From a virus (taxonomy: Duplodnaviria; Caudoviricetes): 25,053 bases of DNA. The position numbers and the translations under genes were made by a program. Numbering within the stretch: the first letter of the stretch is position 1; each line of letters begins with the position of its first letter. Positions 7,448 through 16,056 of this stretch are shown here, in pieces. Under the pieces are notes generated by a model. That model searched no databases, had not been told where the DNA came from, and saw only the letters and a list, made by a program, of their open reading frames with translations. The DNA lies in the IMG/VR virus record IMGVR_UViG_3300034279_000147, positions 1-25,053 of that record; one strand, given 5' to 3'.

Positions 7448-8148
7448 CTCAGAAAAAGGTTAAAAAGTTTTCTGGCGCTGAAGGAAGCTTTGTTCTACCG
7501 GCACAGGTACGCACTTTTGTGGATACCGTGGCGGGCAAACGCGATCCCATCACTGAAAAAAACTTCAGCAAACACGAGCTGCAGCAAATGCGTGATGCAA
7601 TTGCACGCTCTCGTGCGCGGCAGTCGGGGTTTATAGAGCACGAAAAAAACAAAGGCCGAGAAGCATATTATGACGAGACCGTGGACTACAAGGACTACGG
7701 AGATGACCGCAAACGCCAACAACACACCACAAGAGACTACAGCCCCCTGCCCTCTGACGCTGCAAGAAACACGCTTGGTCGTTTCAGATATGCAAAAACA
7801 CCTGAAGGTCGTTTGATTGCCACCGACAGCTACGACTTCAAAGACGATCTTGTAGATAAAAATCCAAACATCCCACGTTCAAAAGATTACGAAAAACTCG
7901 GCACACTGGAAAAAATAGGCAAGCTGGCCGCAGATACGTTTGCGTCTGACAAAGGCGGGCTTAGCACATTGCCTAGCCGCGCAGGCAGCGCTTTTGTGGG
8001 AGCGGCAAGTCGGCCTGTACGTCTTGATCTTGGTGAGGCTCCTTTTAAAAAGGGGGGCGCAGTCAAAGCCAGCACAACCCGCACAAGCGGTTCAAAGCGT
8101 GGAGATGGTATTGCCTCCAAAGGTTTCACCAAAGGGCGGGTGCGGTAA
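7444..8148 (+). CDS. Hypothetical protein with a basic C-terminal tag (accessory/cargo-like)
   Basis: ATGA overlap at 7444 and TAATG at 8148; A-richer codon usage. Ends FKKGGAVK...KRGDGIASKGFTKGRVR. Confidence 0.7.
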   Translation: MTQKKVKKFSGAEGSFVLPAQVRTFVDTVAGKRDPITEKNFSKHELQQMRDAIARSRARQSGFIEHEKNKGREAYYDETVDYKDYGDDRKRQQHTTRDYSPLPSDAARNTLGRFRYAKTPEGRLIATDSYDFKDDLVDKNPNIPRSKDYEKLGTLEKIGKLAADTFASDKGGLSTLPSRAGSAFVGAASRPVRLDLGEAPFKKGGAVKASTTRTSGSKRGDGIASKGFTKGRVR

Positions 8149-8537
8149 TGGGCAATCGCTTCGCCAGTGCCAAGAACTCGATCGCCCAGTGCGACCGTTG
8201 TGGTTTCCGCTTCAAGCTCACAGAGCTGCGCAAGGAAATTATTAAAACAAAACAGGTTAACATTCTTGTATGTGACTCCTGTTTTGATCCCGATCAGCCG
8301 CAGCTCCAGCTGGGCATGTACCCTGTGGACGACCCTCAAGCGGTGCGCAACCCGCGCCGGGACACCACATACGTCACAGCCGGACCCAACGTGGCCGGAT
8401 ACCTGACCGGCGGTAGCCGCGACATCCAGTGGGGTTGGAACCCTGTTGGCGGAGCCCGGTTCTTTGAAGACGAGCTAACCCCGAATTACTTGGTGTTGAC
8501 TACAGCAGTCGGCCAAGTGACAATCTCAACATCCTAA
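8148..8537 (+). CDS. Conserved phage protein with a CxxC...CxxC zinc-binding motif
   Basis: CDRCG and VCDSCFD, followed by DPQAVRNPR. Confidence 0.75.
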   Translation: MGNRFASAKNSIAQCDRCGFRFKLTELRKEIIKTKQVNILVCDSCFDPDQPQLQLGMYPVDDPQAVRNPRRDTTYVTAGPNVAGYLTGGSRDIQWGWNPVGGARFFEDELTPNYLVLTTAVGQVTISTS

Positions 8538-8548
8538 AGGAGTTCATC

Positions 8549-8701
8549 ATGGACGCAAAGAAAGCAGTGCGCAAGCACGAAGCAAATATGCACCCCGGCC
8601 AAAAGCCCACCAAGCTGCGTGCTGGTGGCAAGACCAACAGCGACATGCTGAAGATGGGTCGTGGTCTGGCCAAGGTCGCCAACCAAAAAGCCAAGGGGTA
8701 A
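8549..8701 (+). CDS. Small basic protein, 50 aa (MDAKKAVRKHEANMHPG...KAKG), absent from the ORF track
   Basis: AAGGAG RBS at 8537-8542; contains LRAGG; its stop lies 2 nt before the next ATG. Confidence 0.75.
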   Translation: MDAKKAVRKHEANMHPGQKPTKLRAGGKTNSDMLKMGRGLAKVANQKAKG

Positions 8702-8703
8702 TC

Positions 8704-8907
8704 ATGGCCACATACCGCTCCCCCAAGCCTGCTGCTACGCAGGCCGTTTTGCCTGACACGGACAACAAGAAGTACATGCGCGACATGAACGTCTCTGTTG
8801 GCACCAACCACAGCAACGACTACAAGCCAACCAAGACCTCGGGCATCAAAATCCGTGGTACTGGCTGCGCCACCAAAGGCGTGATGGCTCGCGGCCCCAT
8901 GGCGTGA
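8704..8907 (+). CDS. Small basic protein
   Basis: Tightly packed. Its C-terminus GIKIRGTGCATKGVMARGPMA resembles the tails of neighbouring small proteins. Confidence 0.75.
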   Translation: MATYRSPKPAATQAVLPDTDNKKYMRDMNVSVGTNHSNDYKPTKTSGIKIRGTGCATKGVMARGPMA

Positions 8908-8915
8908 GGTGACGG

Positions 8916-9596
8916 ATGAACTACACCCAGTTGACCGCTGCCATCTGCGATTACACGCAGAACTTCGACCAAGACTTTGTTGACAACATCCCGGTGTTTG
9001 TGCAGCAGGCCGAGCAGCGCATTTTCAACACGGTGCAGTTCCCCTCAATTCGCAAGAACGTGACGGGCCTGACCACGGCAAACAACAAGTACCTGTCTGC
9101 TCCGGCCGACTTCTTGGCCGTGTATTCGCTGGCTGTTGTTGATGCCACTGGCGCGTACGAGTACCTGCTCAACAAGGATGTGAACTTCATCCGGCAGGCA
9201 TACCCCACGCCAACATCGACTGGCTTGCCGAAGTACTACGCGCTGTTTGGCCCAACCACCACAAACGACCCGTCGCCAGTCATCACAAATGAGTTGTCGA
9301 TTATTCTTGGGCCAACGCCTGCTGCGGCGTACACCGCCGAGCTGCACTATTACTACTACCCTGAGTCGATCAGCGTAGCTGCATCTGGCCAGACATGGCT
9401 GGGCGACAACTTCGACTCTGTGCTGCTGTATGGCGCTCTGGTGGAAGCGAACACCTTTATGAAAGGTGAGGCGGACATGACAGCCATGTACAACACCAAG
9501 TACACCGAAGCGCTTGCACTGGCAAAACGTCTGGGCGATGGTATGGAGCGTCAGGACGCCTACCGCTCTGGGCAATACCGACAGGCGGTGACTTGA
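8916..9596 (+). CDS. Second adaptor / tail tubular protein-like virion protein
   Basis: GAGGTG RBS; MNY..L..AI.DY, F+QQAEQRI, G.PKYYA, LGPTP and LLYGALVEA..FMKGE motifs. Confidence 0.6.
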   Translation: MNYTQLTAAICDYTQNFDQDFVDNIPVFVQQAEQRIFNTVQFPSIRKNVTGLTTANNKYLSAPADFLAVYSLAVVDATGAYEYLLNKDVNFIRQAYPTPTSTGLPKYYALFGPTTTNDPSPVITNELSIILGPTPAAAYTAELHYYYYPESISVAASGQTWLGDNFDSVLLYGALVEANTFMKGEADMTAMYNTKYTEALALAKRLGDGMERQDAYRSGQYRQAVT

Positions 9597-9597
9597 T

Positions 9598-10014
9598 ATG
9601 GCGTTTGACCAAACCCTCACCACGAGCTTCAAGCAGGACATCCTGTTGGGCGTGCATGACCTCGACACCGACACCATCAAGATGGCGCTGTTCTTGGCTA
9701 CGGCCGACTTAGGCGCAGCCACCACGGTGTACACAACAACGGGCGAGACGTCCGGCACAGGCTACACGGCTGGCGGCAAGACGCTGACCGGCGTGACGGT
9801 TTTGACTGCGGACACAACAGCCTACGTGGATTTTGCCGACCCATCATGGGACCCCGCTTCGTTTACCGCTCGCGGAGCCCTCATTTACAATGCCAGCAAG
9901 AGCAACAAGGCTATTGCGGTGTTGGACTTTGGGTCGGATAAAACGACGACCACAACTTTCACGGTGCAGATGCCCGCCAACACAGCGACCAGTGCGCTGA
10001 TCCGTATTTCCTAA
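9598..10014 (+). CDS. Putative tail structural protein
   Basis: T/A-rich beta protein with GYTAGG.TL, FADPSW, TARGALIYN and VLDFG.DK motifs. Confidence 0.65.
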   Translation: MAFDQTLTTSFKQDILLGVHDLDTDTIKMALFLATADLGAATTVYTTTGETSGTGYTAGGKTLTGVTVLTADTTAYVDFADPSWDPASFTARGALIYNASKSNKAIAVLDFGSDKTTTTTFTVQMPANTATSALIRIS

Positions 10015-10025
10015 AGGAGTTTGAG

Positions 10026-10604
10026 ATGTTCAATGAAAAAGCGCATTCTGGCGACGCCGCATCCGCAGGCTTGGTTGCAAAGACAGGTTTCTCCACAGCT
10101 GCCCAAGGTGGCGGTGTGTACCACGTTCAGTGCCTTGACAAAGACGGCAACCTGAAGTGGGAGGGCAGCATGCACAACCTCGTGGTCAACGAGGGTTTGC
10201 AAAACATGAACACCCAGTACTTCAAGGGCTCCACCTACACGGCGGCGTTCTATTTGGGTCTGGTAACCGGCCCCGGCTCCGGCACCACATACGCTGCAGC
10301 TGACACACTGGCTTCGCACGCAGGCTGGACCGAGTACACCGACTACTCCGGTTCACGCAAGGCTGTGACTTTTGGCACCGCGACCACGGCCGATCCATCG
10401 GTTATCAGCAATAGCGCCTCTCCCTCTTCTTTCACCATCTCTGGCGCTGGTGGTGTGGTAGCTGGCGCGTTCCTGTGCACAGTGGCCAGCGGCACTTCCG
10501 GTGTGTTGTTCTCTGAAGCAGACTTCCAGTCTCCCGGTGATCGCACTGTGGTGTCTGGCGACACACTGAACGTGACCTACACCTTCAGCCTCGACGCAGC
10601 CTGA
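10026..10604 (+). CDS. Putative tail structural protein
   Basis: AAGGAG RBS; C.DKDGNLKW...HNLVVNEG and GDTLNVTYTFSL motifs typical of tail/collar proteins. Confidence 0.65.
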   Translation: MFNEKAHSGDAASAGLVAKTGFSTAAQGGGVYHVQCLDKDGNLKWEGSMHNLVVNEGLQNMNTQYFKGSTYTAAFYLGLVTGPGSGTTYAAADTLASHAGWTEYTDYSGSRKAVTFGTATTADPSVISNSASPSSFTISGAGGVVAGAFLCTVASGTSGVLFSEADFQSPGDRTVVSGDTLNVTYTFSLDAA

Positions 10605-10616
10605 TAGGACTCCCCA

Positions 10617-11471
10617 GTGCTCGGGTTCGCACCACTTGCTGCGGCCCCACTGGGGGCTACAGGCGAAGCAGGGATTTCCTATGACGTAAGTGTCGAGGAG
10701 TCCGCTGCAGCTTCGCAGTTTGTTGCTGCGCTGGTTAACTTTATCAGCTCGCAGTCGGAGGCTTCTACGGCTTCTGACGTTGTGGCCGTCTCTGCGTCCA
10801 CGTTTAGCGCGGCTGCCTCCGAGTCAGCCACTGCGAGTTCCACGGAATCCGCCCTTGCCGTGTTCCCTGCAGCGTATGCCGACACCGTTACCGCTTCAGA
10901 GACAAACTCGGCGCTGGCGGTGTGGCCAGTTTCGTACGCAGATTCGGCGTCCGGCTCGGGTACGTTTGCTGCGGTGGCAACATTTGAAGTCAGCACGCCT
11001 GAGACTGCCGCAATTTCTGACTTGTTCTTCGGCGGACTTGAATATTCGGTGTTTGTTTCCGATACCGCTACCGCTTCGGACGCTGCCGCTGCCTTTGCGG
11101 GCTTTTTTGCAAGCGTTGCCGATACCTCTGCAGGTTTAGACACTCCGAGTTCGCAGGCTGGTTTTGCTGTCCAGACGACAAACGCAGCGGCAATTGCTGA
11201 CAGTACGCTGGTGGCCCCATCCACTTTTAGCGCCCGGGTCAACGAGACCGCAAACGCCATTGACGTATTCTTGGCAAGTGCGGTGTTTTTCGTTACCATC
11301 ACAGACAGCGCTACAGCGGCCGATGCGTTTGTTGGTCGCCTTCTTTGGGAAGTCATCAACGACTCACAGACGGTCAACTGGGGTGGGGTAAACAGCAGCC
11401 AGTCCACGGCTTGGGGTGTCATTGACGACAGCCAAAGCACATCTTGGCACACAGTGCAAACACAGACATAA
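10617..11471 (+). CDS. Putative tail fibre/shaft protein with approximately 20-aa repeats
   Basis: GTG start after AGGA. Ala/Ser-rich and acidic, with periodic F/Y...E/D.A.ASD units and C-terminal 11-aa Trp repeats. Confidence 0.65.
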   Translation: MLGFAPLAAAPLGATGEAGISYDVSVEESAAASQFVAALVNFISSQSEASTASDVVAVSASTFSAAASESATASSTESALAVFPAAYADTVTASETNSALAVWPVSYADSASGSGTFAAVATFEVSTPETAAISDLFFGGLEYSVFVSDTATASDAAAAFAGFFASVADTSAGLDTPSSQAGFAVQTTNAAAIADSTLVAPSTFSARVNETANAIDVFLASAVFFVTITDSATAADAFVGRLLWEVINDSQTVNWGGVNSSQSTAWGVIDDSQSTSWHTVQTQT

Positions 11472-11480
11472 GAGGCACAG

Positions 11481-13787
11481 ATGGCCATCGTTTTAAAAGA
11501 CCGGGTAAAAGTTTCTGCTATGACTACAGGCACGGGCACGTTTACGCTCGGCTCCGCCGCCAACGGCTACCAGAATTTCGCAGCTATCGGCAACGGTAGC
11601 GAGACCTACTACACCATTGCATCGCAGTCTGGTGCAGAGTGGGAAGTCGGCAAGGGCACAGTGACCGACACTGCTGGCACGTTTACTTTGTCCCGCGACA
11701 CAGTGCTTGAGTCCAGTAACGCTGGCAGCTTGGTCAACTTCTCGGCGGGTACCAAAGATGTGTTCGTCACGTACCCCGCTGAGCGGGCCGTGTATCTGGA
11801 CGCTGCAGGTTCTGCTGTGGCCGTTCTGGACATCGGCACGCTTGGCGTCAGCACCGCCAACATCACGACAGCAAACATCACTGCGGGTACGGTGACAACC
11901 ACTCCGGCATCGGGGAATGATCTGGTCAACAAGACGTATGTTGACACGCTTGCGGCATCCGGTATCCATTTTCACCAGCCAGTGCGGGTTGAGTCCACCA
12001 TCAACCTGAACGCCACGTACAGCAACGGCACTGCCGGGGTCGGGGCGACCCTGACAAATGCAGGAACACAGGTCGCGTTGGTTGTTGACGGCGTAACTGT
12101 AAGTGTGGCAGACCGTGTTTTGGTCTACGAACAAACCAACCAGACGCAAAACGGCATCTACGTTGTCACAGATACCGGGTCGGTCTCCACCAACTGGATT
12201 TTGACCCGTTCGTCCGATGCAAACACGTATGTTATCGCCAGTGCAAACGGATTGGGCGAAGGCTCCACTGTTTTTGTGCAACAGGGCACAACAGGTGCTG
12301 GCGAGACATACGTCTGCAATACTCCGGGCACAATTACCTTCGGTACAACGAACATCACGTTCGCCCAAATTTCTTCTGCGCAGATTTACAGCGCCGGAAC
12401 GGGGCTCACGCTCAGCGGAACGCAGTTCAGCATAACCAACACCGGCACAGCGGGCACGTACGGCTCAACCTCACAAGTCCCAGTCTTCACTACAAATGCG
12501 CAGGGGCAGGTAACGTCCGTTACGAACACAGCCATCACCATAACTTCTGCGGCCGTTTCAGGACTCGCTGCCTCGGCAACAACGGACACAACCAATGCAG
12601 CAAACATCACATCAGGAACGCTCCCTGTTGCGCGTCTTAACGGATCGTACACTGGGATTACTGGCGTCGGCACTCTTGCTGCTGGCACTTGGAATGGCAG
12701 CGTTATTGCTGCTGCTTACGGTGGCACTGGCCAGTCTTCGTACGCTGTGGGCGACTTGCTGTACGCGGATACGACAACTTCTCTGGCAAAGCTGGCGGAC
12801 ATAGTTTCTGGCAACGCGCTGCTGTCTGGCGGAGTGGGCACCGCTCCTGCTTGGGGCAAGATCGGCCTGACAACGCACATCAGCGGAACCTTGGCTATCG
12901 TTAACGGCGGCACGGGAGCAACGGACGCAGCAACAGCTCGGGCAAACTTGGGTGCCGGTACGGGCAACGGCTCGGTCACATCGGTAGCTGCAGGCTCTTA
13001 CCTGACTGGCGGAACAATCACCACAACAGGCACGCTGGCGGTTGACGCTGCTACAGCCAACACGGCAGGCAAAGTCGTAGCGCGAGACGGCTCGGGCAAC
13101 TTCAGCGCAGGCACGATCACGGCCAACTTGACCGGCACAGCATCCAATGCGACCACCGCAGCAGCGCTGTCGGCTACGACATGGCAACGTATCACCGGAA
13201 ACACAATCGACTATGGTTCATACGGATCAATCGGGGTGTCTGGCACAACCAACGGTTACGCTGGAATCTCATTCTCTGGAGTGTCTGGCACGTTGATGAT
13301 GTCAGCAAGCGCAACAGGTTTTTATTACAACAACAGCACTTGGCGTGTTTACTGGGACGGCTCCGGTAACCAGATCAACACTGGCAACGTGTCAGCGTAT
13401 GCTTCTGACGAGCGCTTGAAACGCAACTGGCGCAAAATCCAAGACCCCGTTAAGGTTGTCCGCGAAATAGGCGGGTGGGAGTTCGATTGGGACTTAGAGG
13501 AGTGCAACAAGTGGGGATTTTTTCCGCCAGCATCCGACATTGGCGTATCAGCGCAGCAAACCCAAAAGCACGTTCCTTCCGTTGTAACCCCCGCACCTTT
13601 TGATCTTGACCCAATTGCAAACACAAGCAAGTCTGGGAAAGACTACTTGACCGTCAGGTACGAGGGGCTTGTGCCTGTGCTTTTGGCGGCTGTGGATGTT
13701 CAGGCTGGTGAGATTTCTGATATGACCGCCCGCATTGCTAAACTGGAGGCCCTCGTGGCACAATTGACAAAAGGTATCGCACCATGA
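11481..13787 (+). CDS. Tail fibre protein with a C-terminal peptidase S74 intramolecular chaperone
   Basis: LKDRVK..TTGTGT.TL N-terminus and T/G-rich shaft. SDERLK at about 13404, IGVSAQ, V.YEGLVPVLL.AV and a terminal coiled coil. Confidence 0.85.
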   Translation: MAIVLKDRVKVSAMTTGTGTFTLGSAANGYQNFAAIGNGSETYYTIASQSGAEWEVGKGTVTDTAGTFTLSRDTVLESSNAGSLVNFSAGTKDVFVTYPAERAVYLDAAGSAVAVLDIGTLGVSTANITTANITAGTVTTTPASGNDLVNKTYVDTLAASGIHFHQPVRVESTINLNATYSNGTAGVGATLTNAGTQVALVVDGVTVSVADRVLVYEQTNQTQNGIYVVTDTGSVSTNWILTRSSDANTYVIASANGLGEGSTVFVQQGTTGAGETYVCNTPGTITFGTTNITFAQISSAQIYSAGTGLTLSGTQFSITNTGTAGTYGSTSQVPVFTTNAQGQVTSVTNTAITITSAAVSGLAASATTDTTNAANITSGTLPVARLNGSYTGITGVGTLAAGTWNGSVIAAAYGGTGQSSYAVGDLLYADTTTSLAKLADIVSGNALLSGGVGTAPAWGKIGLTTHISGTLAIVNGGTGATDAATARANLGAGTGNGSVTSVAAGSYLTGGTITTTGTLAVDAATANTAGKVVARDGSGNFSAGTITANLTGTASNATTAAALSATTWQRITGNTIDYGSYGSIGVSGTTNGYAGISFSGVSGTLMMSASATGFYYNNSTWRVYWDGSGNQINTGNVSAYASDERLKRNWRKIQDPVKVVREIGGWEFDWDLEECNKWGFFPPASDIGVSAQQTQKHVPSVVTPAPFDLDPIANTSKSGKDYLTVRYEGLVPVLLAAVDVQAGEISDMTARIAKLEALVAQLTKGIAP

Positions 13788-14881
13788 GCACATATTCACC
13801 CAGTCTTCGGATTGAACTCATCACGACAGGCGATCAGGCCGGTGTGTGGGGCACAACCACGAACACCAACCTTGGCGGGCTCGTTGAGTCCGCGATTGCT
13901 GGCTACACCTCGGTGTCGATTACGACAGCCAACCAAGCGCTGACCGCGCTCAACGGCGCACCCGACGAATCACGCAATCAGACCATTGCGCTGACCACAA
14001 CCACCACCGCAGCCTTTGCTGTCTACGCCCCTCCGGCCGAGAAGACATACGTCATCTACAACGCCAGCGCCTACGCAGCCACGATCTACAACTCCTCCGT
14101 CATTGGCAACACTACGGCTGCCGGTACGGGCGTTGTGGTTCCTGCTGGCAAGACTGTGACAATCTGGTCTGACGGCACCAACTTTGCGACACAGAACACG
14201 CATTTTCCCGGTACGGTAACGGCCGATACGGCCGCTCCGGGGACGAACACAGCTCAAATCGCAACCACTGCGTTTGTTCAGGCAGCTACTGGAACGCTGG
14301 GGACGATGGCGACACAGAACGCCAACAGCGTTTCAATTACTGGTGGCTCGATCACAGGGATCACTGATTTAGCTGTTGCCGACGGCGGCACTGGCGCTTC
14401 GTCGTTCACATCTGGTGGCTTACTTCGGGGTAACGGAACGTCTGCTTTGAGTGTGGCATCGGCCGCAGACATTGTGGCGCAGATAGGCAGCACAGCGGTT
14501 GCGAATGCGACGAACGCCACCACCGCAACGAACGCAACGAACGCAACGAACGCAACGAACGCAACGAACGCAACGAATGCGACCACAGCAGCCTCTTGCT
14601 CGGGCAACGCGGCAACGGTGACAACTATTACTACAACACAGGTGTTGAATGCTACGGCCGGTGCAAGCGCGGGGGCTGTTGGCACCTACGCACTTGCCAT
14701 GTTGGTATCTGGTCCGAGCACCGCGGCTTTTAACTCGACTACTTCAGGCTCTAATTTGATAAACTCCGCTGCGGGGCTTGGCGGAGGCGGAAGTGCTTTG
14801 TCCGGGACATGGAGATGTATGGGCCTAGCTGCCCAAGTAGCAGACCCCACTGGTGTAACTCTCTGGCTGCGTATTTCTTGA
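13784..14881 (+). CDS. Second tail fibre protein
   Basis: MSTYS.SLRIELI..GDQAG.WG.TTNTNL N-terminus; IATTAFV and LAVADGGTGAS fibre motifs; AVGTYA...GTWRCMG...LWLRIS tip. Confidence 0.8.
   Translation: MSTYSPSLRIELITTGDQAGVWGTTTNTNLGGLVESAIAGYTSVSITTANQALTALNGAPDESRNQTIALTTTTTAAFAVYAPPAEKTYVIYNASAYAATIYNSSVIGNTTAAGTGVVVPAGKTVTIWSDGTNFATQNTHFPGTVTADTAAPGTNTAQIATTAFVQAATGTLGTMATQNANSVSITGGSITGITDLAVADGGTGASSFTSGGLLRGNGTSALSVASAADIVAQIGSTAVANATNATTATNATNATNATNATNATNATTAASCSGNAATVTTITTTQVLNATAGASAGAVGTYALAMLVSGPSTAAFNSTTSGSNLINSAAGLGGGGSALSGTWRCMGLAAQVADPTGVTLWLRIS
14525..14578 (+). repeat. 9-bp tandem repeat (GCAACGAAC)x5 plus 1 variant, encoding (ATN)n
   Basis: Directly visible, with degenerate copies on both flanks. 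Confidence 0.95.
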
Positions 14882-14891
14882 AAGGCTGGCC

Positions 14892-15098
14892 GTGCAATCA
14901 AAACTGACATCCCTTAAAAACCCAGTGTGGGTTGACGCAGAGCATACGGCCATCAACTGCGAAATCACGACCAGCCAGTTTGGAGATGAAGTGCTGCCGT
15001 TTACAGCCTCTCCAAACGATGTAGAGCCGCACGGGCGAGCAATCTTTGCTGATATTGTTGTGGGAAAGTACGGCCCGATTGCCAACAGTAATAGCTAA
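14892..15098 (+). CDS. Tail fibre assembly/chaperone-like small protein
   Basis: NP.W.DAEHT.I.CEI...PFTASP.D.E.HGR.IF...GKYGPIA pattern; directly follows the fibre gene. Confidence 0.7.
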   Translation: MQSKLTSLKNPVWVDAEHTAINCEITTSQFGDEVLPFTASPNDVEPHGRAIFADIVVGKYGPIANSNS

Positions 15099-15107
15099 GG
15101 GGCAGTC

Positions 15108-15524
15108 GTGGGAACCGTCACAGCTTACAACTTAGCCAACGTCCAAGCTGCGCTTGGCGGGGCCAATCCCATTTCTATGAGTGAGTATTACCGTGGTGGC
15201 CCTTATGTTCCGACAACGGGAACGACAACTGTCACGGAAGGACCGTTTTACCAATTTGGCGTATATGAATGGCAGGAATCTTCAGGTTATCTCTATATCT
15301 TCTGGGCTGGCACTTTGGTTTACAGCACACCTAGTTACAGCGGCGCAACAAGTATTGCAGTTGGCTCTACTACATATTTCAGGGGGGCATTTGTCACCAG
15401 TTTTTTTGGAACAAACAAATACCAAGTAAGCAGGCAATACCCATCAACAATTTCCATCAACACGGGCGTTCCTTCTTCTGGAACAATTTCAATTGCACAA
15501 CTGTATGGGGCAAGAAACCCATGA
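15108..15524 (+). CDS. Putative fibre-tip adhesin/receptor-binding protein
   Basis: GG.NPISMSEYYRGG.YVP and NTGVPSSGTISI..LYG flank an aromatic-rich core; lower GC than neighbouring genes. Confidence 0.55.
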   Translation: MGTVTAYNLANVQAALGGANPISMSEYYRGGPYVPTTGTTTVTEGPFYQFGVYEWQESSGYLYIFWAGTLVYSTPSYSGATSIAVGSTTYFRGAFVTSFFGTNKYQVSRQYPSTISINTGVPSSGTISIAQLYGARNP

Positions 15525-15613
15525 GAGAATTTGCCGAGGCTTTTGTCGCGGCAGTTTTGATTGTCGGCATTGTTGTATGGATGGTCAAAGTAGTAATTGA
15601 GGTGTTGAAATGA
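15521..15613 (+). CDS. 30-aa single-transmembrane peptide (MREFAEAFVAAVLIVGIVVWMVKVVIEVLK), absent from the ORF track
   Basis: ATGA overlaps at both ends; hydrophobic core. Confidence 0.65.
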   Translation: MREFAEAFVAAVLIVGIVVWMVKVVIEVLK

Positions 15614-16056
15614 TTGCAGAAATTGCCGCCGCCAACGCTGCCTTTGCAGTCATCAAAGCCGCCCTAGCCAACGGTAAAGAGCTTCACCAGCTTGGTTCAA
15701 GGGTCTTCGACTACTTTGACAACAAGGCAGTCATCCAAGAGAAGGCCACCAAAAAGGGTGGCGGCTCCGACATGGAAGAGTTCATGGCGCTGGAGCAACT
15801 CAAGCAGCAGGAAGAGGAGCTGCGCGAGCGCATGGTCTACGCAGGCCGTCCGGGCATGTGGGATGACTGGGTCAAGTTCCAAGCCGCTGCATCCCGCCGA
15901 CGCCGTGAGGCCAAGGAAGAAGCTGCCCGTGAAGCCCTGAGGCGCAAAGAACGCGCAGCAAGGCTCACCGAGCAGATCGTCTTGGGAATAGCAACCGTCA
16001 TCTTGGCGGTGATGCTGATTTACGGCATCGTGTTGTATATACGGTATCTGCGATGA
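15610..16056 (+). CDS. Coiled-coil protein with a C-terminal transmembrane helix (lysis region)
   Basis: GAGGTG RBS; charged helical body followed by IVLGIATVILAVMLIYGIVLYI. Confidence 0.75.
   Translation: MIAEIAAANAAFAVIKAALANGKELHQLGSRVFDYFDNKAVIQEKATKKGGGSDMEEFMALEQLKQQEEELRERMVYAGRPGMWDDWVKFQAAASRRRREAKEEAAREALRRKERAARLTEQIVLGIATVILAVMLIYGIVLYIRYLR

Noticed and set aside
14525-14578. Tandem repeats as a CRISPR array
   Set aside because: 9-bp units without spacers, in frame within coding sequence; the same applies to 21320-21373.
14680-14881. Diversity-generating retroelement target at the fibre tip
   Set aside because: No template repeat or reverse transcriptase is visible in the window.
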